A stretch of 64,000 bases of DNA from Nymphaea colorata (lineage: Eukaryota). A program made the translations under genes and the position numbers. Below, piece by piece: positions 37,201 to 48,990 of the stretch (within the stretch, counting starts at the first letter, position 1; every line of letters starts with the position of its first letter). The notes under the pieces were generated by a model. That model did no database searches, had not been told where the DNA came from, and saw only the letters and a program-made list of their open reading frames with translations. The stretch is taken from NCBI RefSeq assembly GCF_008831285.2, contig NC_045138.2, forward strand, positions 38,564,001 to 38,628,000, given 5' to 3'.

Positions 37201-40200
37201 TCAGATGGTGGAGAATCTGGAGATACAGCCACAAGCTTAAAGAATGCCGAATGTCACAGACCAACAAGAACACATCATACGTGACTTGAATAAGCTAGCA
37301 AGCTAACATGATTTTAGTTTACCAAGAAAACATAGTTAACTGCACATGAACAGGAATAAACCAGCCAGTGCAAAAGAAGATAAGCTTACAGCAAGAGGGT
37401 AAATAAAAACTAAATAGAATTACAACAGAACCAAAAGACAGGAATTCTGGTTGCTTTCGCAGTATAACAGGCCAACGGTATGTTGCTTCTACATAGTATA
37501 TTTTCAAGGACAGACCAAAATATAGTTTTGGATTACACAAAGTTATTCAGTATTTTCCAAACCCCAACAAAGGCAACTTCGACCAAGTGATAGAGTGCAC
37601 TTAGGCTCAAGCTCAAGAATACTACCCATTCATCAAGATCCTAAGCATTCATACTCAAGTCTAACAAAATAAACCTTGGAATATCACAGGCCTTAAGTTA
37701 TGAACAACTGCAAATTCTAGAGGAATACCAGATATCATATGTCCAAGACTGGTGAAAAACACGTACTGGCTTTGTGGGCCTTTTGAGTCCCCTAGTCCAT
37801 TTATCAATGACACATGCTGGGATTACCATGAAGCTTGGGTGTTCTTGAGAGAGTTGAAAACATCACAGGCAGCAAAGAACATGCAATTGGAACGAAACCA
37901 GAACAATTTTCTGTTCGACAGAGAACACCGAAGAGTTGGTGTTCGTGTGTGTGAGCACATGTTCTTGTGTAGGGTCTCCCTTGGAATTTGACCAGTAAAC
38001 AAACTGCCATGACCAGAAAACCTTCACTACAGATATTGTGCTAGTTCCACAGCAATACAAGCTTTGCGCAACCAAGAGAGCCATAAAGACCAGAGGCTAC
38101 CAAGATAAGACACACACCGCAATGAGATTACCAAACTGGCTTGTAAACTTTGTGCCAATAGAACTTTTGACCAAACCCAACATTGCAGATCCTGCAAAAC
38201 ACAAAAAAAAATCAACTAAATACTTCAAAAATAAAGGGAAAATCCAAAGAGAGAGAGAGGGAGGTTTGCATCCTTCTGGATGTCTATCAAGGCATACAAG
38301 TTGCAACTCAACCATGACAAAGGAAACAAAAACTAAGACCACCACAAACCAAGAGCTGAGCATCTACTTTTAGGGGTAGGGAACAGGTAATAACAGTGGA
38401 ACTGTTTCATTTAGAAGAAATACAAGTACTTGAGGAACTTACGATCATTGACATCAACAGACATAGAAATCTTATCTAATACTGCAATAGCATCCTCCAG
38501 GGCCTTGTTGTAGGCTGTGAAATCACAAAAAAGGAAAACTATAAATTAAGCAAGAAGCCAGTTTCTGGTACCACACTTTGTATTGCCTTCAAATAAAAAA
38601 TTCTACGATTTACCTCGGCATATTACTGTAGGGTGAAAGTTCTTGTCAATAAAAGCTTGAGCAACATGCAGCATCTCACCAGCTTCAATGTTCCAGTACA
38701 GTATCGTCATTATCAGCATTAACTTAGACAATCAAATTTAGTGGTATAACTTGAATCATTGCAAGCTATATCATTGTACTTGCAGTTGATTCGACAGAAA
38801 TCTATGTAAATGTACTGAACATAGCACATAAGAAAATGAACAGGCTTGCTTTAAAAGTTTAACCTAAATAAGAGTACGAAACAGTATATTATTTACAACC
38901 AGAAAAGCTGCAATGCATACCAAGAACAATTACAGATGTTGTTCCATCACCAACTTCTTCATCTTGTGTACGACTCAATTCAATCATGGACTGTCAGCAA
39001 TACAACATACATCAGATAAGGAAAGAGAAATAAAAATTTGAAGCGTCGAATATGTCTCAAACAGTTCAAGCATAAAATAGTATGCACCTTCGCCGCTGGG
39101 TGTGCCAGATCAAGCTCGCGCAAAATGGCATTTCCATCATTTGTTACCACTATTCCTGTTAAGAGGCAAAAACAGTACACTTGTCATTAAAGGAAATCAA
39201 ACATACAAACCCACTCAAGGACATCCAGAACTTAGCAAAGTCAACAAAAAACATAACACCTCTATAAAACTAAAATCAGAATTAGGTTTGTTATCTTAGT
39301 ACCCTAAAATTCAAAATGGAATCAATAGAAGAATAGATCCCCTAAATGGAAGAAATAGCAACCATGATAGCTATTAAAAATTGAAACTAAGTAACTGCCA
39401 ATGTTTGTGACAGCCCCGAACAAAAGTGCCTAAAAATCACACCAAACATGAAGACCTTCCTTAAGTAACGGAGTCTTGCTATTATAATAATCAAAAGGGG
39501 CGGTTATAAGTTCTGGTATGCATATTGAAGGAAATAAAGCAGGATATTTGTGTTTCAGGCTAATTGGGATATTTTTGGACCAAGTCCGTATTTTTTTGTG
39601 CTGATATTATAGTGTGAACTCCATACAGCAGGCCATACTAACAATGGCATCATGTGCTCAAGTCATAAGTGCTTGAGAATATATCAATGAACTTCAAGAG
39701 AAGAAGCATGAACAGCATTAATCAGAACAAAGAAAAGAATTCAGTAAAAGAAACTTTACCTCCACTAGCATCAAGAAGCATTTTCAACATGGACCTAGGA
39801 CCCAATGTAGTACGTATTATGTCAGCCACGGCCTGCAAAATAACAAAATTATAAGCAAAGTACTGCCCTACATTGCACTTTGTACATGTACACATAAACA
39901 AAACCACTATTGACCAATATTAGCAGTTATCCCTGAACATTATGGATTCCAAGAAAGGATCCACTACAATGTCAGAGGCAATTCCATTAACAAATTTTCC
40001 AATTAAAACAACTAATGCAAAATGAACCATATGAACTAATGTGGAAAAGAATACTACCTTTGATGCTTGAATGTTTGCATGGTGAACCTTGGTTCCAGAT
40101 TCCCGTTTCAAAGAATCCTCTAAGAAGAACACATGACAAGAAAAGAAGTTCAGAAATTGAACAAATGACAGAAGAAAGCTTTGCAATTGAAAATTATGCT

Positions 40201-41559
40201 TGATGTAAAAATTGCATTTAACCCAGAAAATGCAAATCAAAATAACTTTTTTTTGCAGAATGTTGCAAAACAGCTTAATGGATGCATCAGCAACAATAAT
40301 TAATTCATTATATTCAAATTTTTCTCTACATAATGCATAATCAACAGCATGGCATAGCTTCTTTCCACCTCTCGTATTCTTCATCTTAATGGTTTATTTT
40401 TCTCCTTACTTTGTTATATAACTTGTTATTTGCGTACGTAAATTTATATATCCCTGATTGGAAGCCTCACAGTGTATGCAGTACGGCTATGGATTGTGAA
40501 ACTTTTACGTGTAATGGTTGCTATTTTTATGTACCACAATTTAGATTCTGTAAATAATCCCACCTACTGCCCGACCAACAGATCCCATGGGGCGTATATC
40601 TTATCCCCATGAGCCGCATTCGTATGGAACAAATCCTAGGGTTAGGTCTTCCTTGGATTTACTATTAAATACCACTTGCCAATAAAAGCTTCTCTGAATT
40701 CTCTAAAGTTTGTTCTGTCCTTTTAATTTGAATTTCAGATCATGATAAAACCTTTGAAGGAATAATGTGGTAATCATATAGCAAACAACGGGTTTGGGGT
40801 TTGAATTGTAACATTTGCTCTAACCCATTGTTGGTTATGTCGCACGGACAAGGAAATTTTCACGAGACGACACTGCCAACGTATACATGGCATTCGTATA
40901 GGTATGGGCGTGTGTTTCTTTGTGCATCTCTGTGGGCATTTTATCTGCCATTAAGGCTGTCATGCCCGCCACACCACAGGAATCATCACGTTGCACATGA
41001 AAGCTCATAGCCCGCTGATTATCGGAATTGAGTGATGGACTATCCATTAAGTCAGAAGTCGCTAGGGCAAGCACACATAGCGGTGGAACTCATCGCCTTA
41101 AGAATCACCCGATCCTTACCACTGGCGATCTCTCTCCAAGACCAAAAAAGCAAAAAACCAGCGTACGCTTCTGAGGCAACCGGCAAGACGCAGTGATTAA
41201 GAAACTCCCAGAAATGGCCAGCCCTCAAAAGCCCAGGAAGATCCGTCATCCGTCAGCAATACTTCGCGACAAGGATTTGATTGGGATCTAGCTAACCACT
41301 AAAGCTCATTATCACCAGACACAGGAGCAATGTCAACAGGTAGTATATAGATAGTGATAGAGAAAGCAAAGGGCGTTCATCTATAACGCTGCAGATCAAG
41401 CAGCTTGAGGGGAACATAGATCGACAAGTAAAAGAAGATGCAAAACCAAGAAATGATGAAACGAGTAATGGCCCGAAACAGATTCATGCCGCGAGGAGAA
41501 AACAAGAAAGAAAATGAGAAAGACGGTGGCTTACTGAGGACAAGGACCGGGGCGTGCAT
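34263..41559 (-). CDS. CCT3: T-complex protein 1 subunit gamma (cytosolic chaperonin CCT/TRiC)
   Basis: 14 exons: 41559-41535, 40119-40058, 39832-39760, 39155-39088, 38990-38921, 38682-38614, 38514-38443, 38191-38118, 37128-36851, 36565-36181, 35545-35420, 35326-35222, 34624-34550 and 34454-34263. Motifs MHAPVLVLKDSLKRESG, IIRTTLGPRSMLKMLLD, VTNDGNAILRE, EVGDGTTSV, DCPLEYKKGENQT and LVPGGGASE. Confidence 0.97.
34636..34886. repeat. 84-bp x3 tandem repeat next to the 3' splice site of CCT3 intron 12
   Basis: gagacagaaagcatttaggaaacag...actagccagtaccag at 34636, 34720 and 34804, near-identical. Confidence 0.95.
40838..41271 (-). ncRNA. Candidate structured intronic RNA with a box C/D-like kink-turn hairpin (CCT3 intron 1)
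   Basis: TTAAG-GCGATGA...CTGA-CTTAA (41101-41047) with an internal CGCTA/TAGCG stem. A long G-U-containing hairpin pairs 41232-41217 with 41184-41167. A closing stem TGTCGC/GCGACA is possible. No family recognised. Confidence 0.35.
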
Positions 41560-41648
41560 CTTTGGGACGAGGAATGGTGAAAGTTCAGAGTGATGCTGAT
41601 GGAGAAAGACTCTCTGCTTGTCCCTCGCTTACTCGCTCTCCCGCCTTT

Positions 41649-41656
41649 TAGGGTTT
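41649..41656 (-). promoter_or_regulatory. Telo-box (AAACCCTA) in the CCT3 5' region
   Basis: tagggttt on + equals AAACCCTA on the gene strand, about 90 nt upstream of the ATG. Such boxes are typical of plant housekeeping and translation-related genes. Confidence 0.55.
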
Positions 41657-43194
41657 CACAGGGTTTTCTTCTTCTCTTTTCCCTCGCGATCGGTCCACTC
41701 CCTAACACAACTGTGTTGCCACTCGAACTCACTAGAACCCACGTTGTGTCTTCCTCGGTACCGGACGAGTCACTCAATCCCCTCTATTTATTTAAAAGCT
41801 TCGGTCATTATCCCGTTAGAGCTCGGACTAAGTACCGTTATCACGTTATGGCCCGACCTGGATTTGGTACTTGAAACCTAAACACCAAACCCAATTAAAT
41901 ATTCAGGTCTCCAACTTGAGTTAACCGGTAGGATCCATTCTTTGACTAATATTTGAAATTTTTGATTAAGTATGATTTAAATTAATAATAATGAGTATTG
42001 ACAACAATAACAATTATCATACGCCAAATACTCCTTAATGAGCCGAGTTCAAATCGGTATTTTATAACTGGTTTTAGCTTACGTCAAGCTTACTTTGTTC
42101 TAATCAATGTCGGTTTGAGTTTAGACATGTTGAGCCCATCCCAAACCCAGTATTATAAAGGTTGGTTGTCTATGCAACCAAGCCAGCCTTTTCTAAAATT
42201 GCTTGACAATTCATAAACAAGTGATTGCATTTTTATAATAAAGTTACTAAATGCTTTGATTGAAAGCAATCACATACAAAGGAGAGGACATTGATAAATG
42301 TGCTAATTTACAATCTCATAGAGCCATGACTAAGGAGGTAAATGATCCCGACCTAAGTTAGGTCGGTACATCAATAAGATTCCCATCTTCATGTCACCAT
42401 GCCATCACAGCAAACCAACCGAGTACTTGGACATACCGAGTACTTTTTTGATTGAAACTGATTCAAACTATTAATTTTTAATTTTAACTTGTTTTTAACT
42501 CATTTTCATAATGTTTTTGCGAGTTATTGACCATTACCATGTTACCATGTACTATTTTTATTTATATTACGTGTTTATTGAAGTGTTGCTTTTATTTTGA
42601 ACTTTTTGTACGCATATGTATATATATATATATACACACCATGCCATACTCTATACTTGTATTTTATAAAGTTGTTGTGTCTATAGTGCATCTTCATACT
42701 TGTACCTGTTTGATTGGATTCATCTTAATTGGCTTCGATTCTAAAGTGGAATTCATAACATATTTTCTAAAACTGATTTGGAATCTGGCTAGCAAATCAT
42801 CCCTTGTTATACATATAGATTGGTCGGATCTTTTATCTGATCTAAGACGACACCGACTTCAGGTTTGGATGCAATTATGAAGCTGCATGCTGAATCTGAT
42901 TTCGAACTAGATTGGATCAACATTTGTTTTAACAGCTTCTTCCAAATGGCGTTTAAACTAGATCAGTAATCAGATACAGGTGACTATTTCAACCTTAGTT
43001 CACGACAAGACGCACAAGATGGACTCGTCGAACCTGTTTAGAAACTGGATCGAATTGTCCAGACACGACCCGTTTTTAGTGGTGCCAGCATTGATCACGA
43101 AGATATTTTTCAAATGGCGGGAGTTATCCGTTGGCCAAAGCGCGGCAGCACCAACCCGGGTGCATGGCTGACGCTCTTTAGCGAGGAGAAGCAA

Positions 43195-46100
43195 ATGAGC
43201 TCCTCCTTTTGCTCCGCGGCGGCGGCGGGGCGGTTCTCCGCCGCTCCATCTGCCTCCTGTCTGAGAGGCGGTGGTGGAATAAGGCCACCCCTTTTCCTTT
43301 CCCGATTATCCCGTGAGCCCGCCATTCCCAACGTCAACCAATCGTACCCAGCTTCTAGAATCCTCACCTTCCTCACTGCCACTACCTTCATTCTTTTTCC
43401 GCCTCTTCTCGGGCCAATTCCGTCAATTCTGCCTCCATTGGATGCTCCAATTGCGAACGCTCGAGGCCTGTTTCAGATGCCTCCTTCCCGCCTCGTCAAC
43501 AGGTTGGCCTCTCTTATCTTCCTCTTTTTTATCCCTTCAATTTCGTGCAAGTACAAATGGTCTGATACCTGTGATGACTGTTTCTGGTTTCAGGTACTTT
43601 TTGGTTAGGGCCGGGGAGTCAGAGACGGAGCATCTAGGGCTCATCAGGACGAACCCCGTGGAGAAAACCTCGGTTGATAGCGGATTGTCGGAAGAAGGTA
43701 AGAAGCAGGCAGTGGAGGCAGCCTTCGAGATCAAGAAAATGGGTGCGTGTGATGGTAATTGCTGGATTTGGCCGTCTATTACCCAGCGCTCTTATCAGGC
43801 CGCTGAGATTATCGCTGCCGTGAACAGCATTAGCCGGAGGTGCGGCCATGTTTTCTTCGTTTTTGTTCACCTTCTGCATGTAGGTGTGCTAATTCACGTG
43901 TTCCTTAGGGTTCTGGTTTATCTTTGGCTTGGCCGATCGGAACCGAGAAGTTGTAGGATGTAGTTTTTCTCGCATTGCCTTGACATAGAGTGGCAATGGC
44001 CGGCAAAAGAAGGAAATCGTCATAATGGTCTAGCACTTCGCACAAAAAACTAGCAAGAAGCAAGCCTTCTATGGTGAAGGCATCACAAGAGACGCTCTAA
44101 CTCTTGGATACTAGATTTACATGCCAGTTCATTGTGGTGGTTTAGTACCATATTGGACCGTACACACGCTTTGTTTGTGTGCGTGTGTGTGAGCCTGTGA
44201 GGGAGAGAAAGAGAGAGAGCGGTTGTCGTGTTCACCTTTATGAATGAACATATGAGTTTTATGTTGTCGCAGTCATATTGTTCCAGAGTATAGCTTCTTG
44301 GATGCTCGCGGCTTGGGTGCATACGAGGGAAAGAAGCTGGATGTTGTCAACGAGGTAGCGTACAACTGGAGTTTGATCTGTTTACAGTCTTATGTCCATT
44401 TCTTCAGCTAGTTCTGCATCTTGATATGAAAAAACTGAATTATGTTGAATTGTATCATCTAAGAAACTTCTCTTGATATGGAATGGTAACTCATATCAGA
44501 ATCATGGATTGAAACTCAAGCAAGTTGTACAAGATCTGCTAAATAGAAAAACACAGAAGGCACTCGTAACTTGACCTTTAACGTTTAGTTTCTTTTTTTT
44601 TTTCGTCCATCTTTCAAGTGGTATCCATGCTGCCGCTTGCCAGAGCGAAAAGTAGCAAAACTGAGAAGATTGTGGAAAATGCTGAAATCGTGATTTACAA
44701 GTTTGTGCAAGTTCTCATTGAAAGCATATATATAGAAAGCAAGAGAACATTTCAGTTGTCAAAGGTCACGACGGCCTAATTTGCTACTTTGAAGGATAAT
44801 TCATGCGTCGCTTGCAAGTTATCAAACAACAAAAGAATAATTCATGTGTTGCTTGTGGTAATTTTCTTCAAATCCATTCATTAATATGTCTCCTGTTGCC
44901 CTTGTATCCACTATATAGTTTTCCCTTGCCATTAGGGCCTGGTAGCCTGTTTAACGTGAACTGCTTCCAGTCTTAGTATCGGTTTATTCAGTTTTAGAAC
45001 TCCAGCTTTCTTTTCTTTTTTTTCTCCTTCTGACGTCTCCCCTTCATGTCCCCTTCTTTAGACTTCTTTTTTTTTTCCTTGGGTCGTAAATGAGAAGGTT
45101 TGAGGCCTAGGGTCTATAATTGAAAGATCCAATCTGTGGGTGCTCATGAGAGTCTTTATGCCAATGTGCTCATTTTTGCTGAAGGCCCTTCAAGAAATTC
45201 ATATAGTTTGTCACATTGTTTGTGTTCGAGGTTTTGGAACTGTATGAAGTCACATGTTGTTTTAGGAGTTTTCTGCCAAATATGAATATTTGGCACATCT
45301 TTGTTTGGTCAAAGGTTGACTTGTTGAGGAATCACAGGAATACACCTGAACCATCACAGGTTTGAAGACCCTTTGGCTTTAACAAATTGTTCTTAAGAAT
45401 TATTTGCTACAGCAATCTCCCATCTGTACTTCATGATTTTTTGTTGCTTCTGATGCAAAAACCACAAGAACCATTGAATGACAAGGAAGGAAAGGAAAAG
45501 GAACAATGCCACTGAAGGTGAATGGTATTAGGCATTATACCGAATGTCGGAAGGTGATAAACTGTTCATGCATTAGTTTCTAGCGGAAGTTTCCATTTGA
45601 AGTGATCAATACTTGAAGAATAGGGGTTTCTTTGACATTCAGGACAAAGTTAAGGCATTTTAATCTAAGAGAACTGGCATTTAATAAAAGTATTGAGGTG
45701 GATAGTCATGAAAAGTCATGATGCTGAAAGTTCTTGTTACATTATCAATGACCAAGGCTGTCAAGTAACAACACAGAATTATGCAAAACTTTCATACATA
45801 AAGTCACTGATAGTGCAAATGGAAGACCAGTGGGGTGAAAGACACTCATATTTATAAAACTAAGTGCACAAAATATCTCCGCCAAATAGCTCACCTAATC
45901 TATAATCTGCATGTTGAAGAAATTAAGATGCTTGGACATTACTAAGGGGGAGATTGCAGCCATTGGATATGCACATATGACAAAGATAAAGCACCAACTT
46001 CAAGCTCAATCGGTAGCAATCTTCTCCTTTGAGACTTGTCGATATCTTGAACCAAATAGAGAAGATGAGAAATAAATCTTGGTCGTTGATGCAGTCTGGT

Positions 46101-47311
46101 TGACGTTAGCTATTTTCCTTTATGGATGAGCTCAATTCAGTTGGTAAATAAATTACAACCTCACTGTACTGCTGGTACCTTACATTGATATCACAGTCTT
46201 GGACCCAGAAGGCATGGGAAAATCTGGCGTCTTTGGCCCCCTAAGAAAATGAAAAAAGAACATTGATACCTTGACTGCATTATGGATCTAGCTAGGTCCA
46301 TCTTTCTTCCCATATCTGCAATGCTATGACATAGAAACTCATGGACAATTTTTTTTCATACGAAAGAACCAAAGAAGTTACAAGCATATGCTACTATATT
46401 GTAACAACTGTAGCTCTCTGTGTATGCTATTTCATAGCAGATTGGAAGGACAGGGACTACAAATGAGGAATACTTCTTTTTTATGCTTTTGTAAGCTAGT
46501 TACTTTTGAGTCCTGGCAACAGTTTGCCTTTATTGTATTATTTGCATTTCTGAGTCTTTCGTGAAAATCATGCCTTTGTTCATCTACTTGATTATTTCTG
46601 CTAATCGTGTTTAGTAGAAGAATTGGACTTTGAGGTTTCATTCTTGTTGGATATTCATGCTCCTGTCATTATGTTATTAATCTCTTAAATGAATCTGAAG
46701 GTCTATGATTCTGATAGAATTTCTCCTAGCACCAAACCACCTCCTATTGATGATGGGACGCCAAATGAGAGTGTTGAAGATGTATTTGTTCGTGTTACAC
46801 AACTGATGTCAATTTTGGAGACCCAGTACGCGGGTGATAGCATTGTCATTGTCTCACCTGATTCAGACAACTTATCGGTCCTTCAAGCTGGTCTAGTAGG
46901 ACTTGATCTCCGGAGGTAAGGGCTATTGCTTCCAGTTATTTAATTATTTCATGAACATGGATGAGGATTGCTCAATGAAAATTGGCCAGACGTTGGGTGC
47001 ATGTTGCTTCAAAACTTCGATCTGGGTTCGTTGCCAGATTAACTTGAAGATGTTTATGGGCTGGTCTTGGCTGCCTTTTACCAATTTTGTTTTTGTTTTT
47101 ACACGTCACCCACATCAGTTTTGTTGCTTTATGCATCTTCATTTGACCCATTAAGTAATTAAAGTTTTGATGGTGTTGCTTCTGTTATAGGCATATGGAT
47201 CTCTCTTTTGTTCCTGGAGAAGTCAGACGTGTGGATGTAGAGAGCATTCCTGCTTACAGGCAGCCAGCTTCTGCTGTCTACAAGTGTCTCAATCCCCCAT
47301 CATGTCGGTAG
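43195..47311 (+). CDS. Phosphoglycerate mutase/histidine-phosphatase family protein, probably plastid-targeted (At5g62840-like)
   Basis: Exons 43195 (alternative in-frame ATG 43114)-43502, 43594-43839, 44273-44354, 46701-46915 and 47191-47311. Motifs ARGLFQMPPSRLVNR|YFLVRAGESE, CWIWPSITQRSYQAAE, IVPEYSFLDARGLGAYEG, GTPNESVEDVFVRV and VSPDSDNLSVLQAG. Confidence 0.88.
45505..45956 (+). mobile_element. Highly degraded Ty1/copia RNase H 3' end plus polypurine tract, in intron 3 of the PGM-family gene
   Basis: Collinear decayed motifs: TEGEW (cf. STEAEY), SILEE*GF (cf. WL..LLEELG), KSIEVDSH (cf. KHIEVDCH), EDQ...IFIK (cf. EDQLADIFTK), then PPT-like aagggggagattg. Confidence 0.5.
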
Positions 47312-48376
47312 AATACGTTAGTTCCGTTTGTATAAATATAATAAGTTTGCTTACATGGCGGCTCAGTTTTTTTGTTTAGTCCCTTGAAAGCCACATTCGT
47401 TTTCTACTGCTTGCCCGTCTGGCTGCTTCTGCGTTTCCTTCCATCGCTCTGTAGTTGCATGTATGAGTGATCACTGTGGCTGAGCAGAATAAAAGATGCG
47501 CGAATCATGAAGCTAACTTGTACTTAAATGAGTGTCAAAATATTTGCTTCTGACAGACAGCTTTCTACCTAATTTTCCAGATTTTACTATATGGCTTGCT
47601 GCCTTGCAGTTGGCTTGCGTGCACCGAAATGGTAGTTTGGTGTTCTGTGTGGGTGACAGTTTAAACTGGATGCATGAAGGCAAGTGTTGTGCATTGGCAT
47701 CAATAAAAGTGTTTAAGTTAAATTGGCACCACACTCGCGTAAAAATACCACCATCAACCAAATAAGCTTTAGGAAGGGCTGGCTATGCTTTTCTATGGTG
47801 GATAGTTAATGAGTTTACTTGAGCATTTATACACATGAAAAATACGAGATTATCGACTTTCTTCCGCATAAAAGTTTCAGAATGTTTGGATTGATAAGGT
47901 ATAGATCAACTTAGAGTTTTCAATTTTAAAGTTCTTTTTATAAATGTTATACAATTCAGAGATCATTTAATCTGATTTAGCAGAACAATGCAATGTGCTG
48001 TTCACAATATGGTTTATACTTGTGCAGAGTATTACGTAAAAAAAATGAATTTAAATTGAATCTGAATCTGAATCCATGGAGTCAAAGTTCTCATCTGAAT
48101 ATCTGGCTTAGTATCCATTCAGGTTAATACATATTATGAATGCTCTGGTCATTGTCAAATTAGGTGTGTTATTCCTTTAAGATGCAAATGTTGATAAGGG
48201 CGACGCTCGAGTTGAAAGGTATATTGTAGTCTACCCAGGCCTCTCCATGTACAGCCAGCTGATGCATTGCATAGCCTTCTGCATGCGGAGCTTTCTATTT
48301 TCAATATGTATTTCTATGTCCTTCAGTGCATGTCGCAATGCTTTCTGCCATCAAAAGTTACTCAAATACTAAGAAT

Positions 48377-48491
48377 TTGAGTGGATTCCCCACTAGCAGT
48401 AAAACAAGAAAATACAAATGAGGAAACCCAGCAGGAGCTTGAGTGGATTCCCCACTTGCAGCAGAACAAGAACGTAGAAGTGAGGATACCC
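48377..48491. repeat. 62-bp-period diverged tandem duplication
   Basis: ttgagtggattccccact(a/t)gcag...tgagga(a/t)accc at 48377 and 48439. Confidence 0.8.
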
Positions 48492-48548
48492 CTGCAACTT
48501 GGTCTTTTGTACAACTTGCACCAGTGACCGCACATGGTCAGAGAGGCG

Positions 48549-48990
48549 CATAGAATACCAATTAAAATGTGGTAAAAAAAAAAATCAATACCAACTATAA
48601 CTTTTTATATATTTACTGAAAATGGATATACGAAATATATTTTATATTTATCTATTTTGTTATCCTTTTCACTTTTTTTTTTCTTGTGGAATATAATCTT
48701 GTAATCTTCTTCGATACTCATAGATGGTTTGCATTTTCCAGACATTTGATCAATCATCCACTTAGTGAAGCGCCGGGCCACATAGAATATCAATTAAAAT
48801 GTGGTTAAAAAATTTCAAAATCAACTATAACTTTTTATATATTTACTAAAAATGGATATACGAAATATTTCTTTATATTTATCTATTTTTATCATTTTCA
48901 CTTTTTTTTTCTTTTGGACATCACATATTGTCATATAATCTTGTACTTGTCTTCGATACTCATAGATGGTTTCCATTCTCCAGACATTTG
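48549..48990. repeat. 232-bp-period diverged tandem duplication (AT-rich)
   Basis: catagaata(c/t)caattaaaatgtggt...cttcgatactcatagatggttt...ccagacatttg at 48549 and 48781; the second copy has small insertions. Confidence 0.88.

Noticed and set aside
37743..37830. U17/snR30-like m1/m2 motifs and a terminal ACAtat in CCT3 intron 8
   Set aside because: Only 6-nt complementarities, wrong spacing to the ACA box, and no clear basal stem or H box.
40637..40646. Telomerase-template-like CCTAACCCTA on the minus strand
   Set aside because: An isolated 10-mer with no USE/TATA Pol III promoter; not the usual TTTAGGG template.
40955..41120. Scattered plus-strand resemblance to the 3' end of bacterial-type SSU rRNA (gcccgccacacc, gaagtcg, atcacc...tcctta)
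   Set aside because: Only short gapped words, with invariant positions broken and no extension upstream. Not supportable as a NUPT/NUMT without an alignment.
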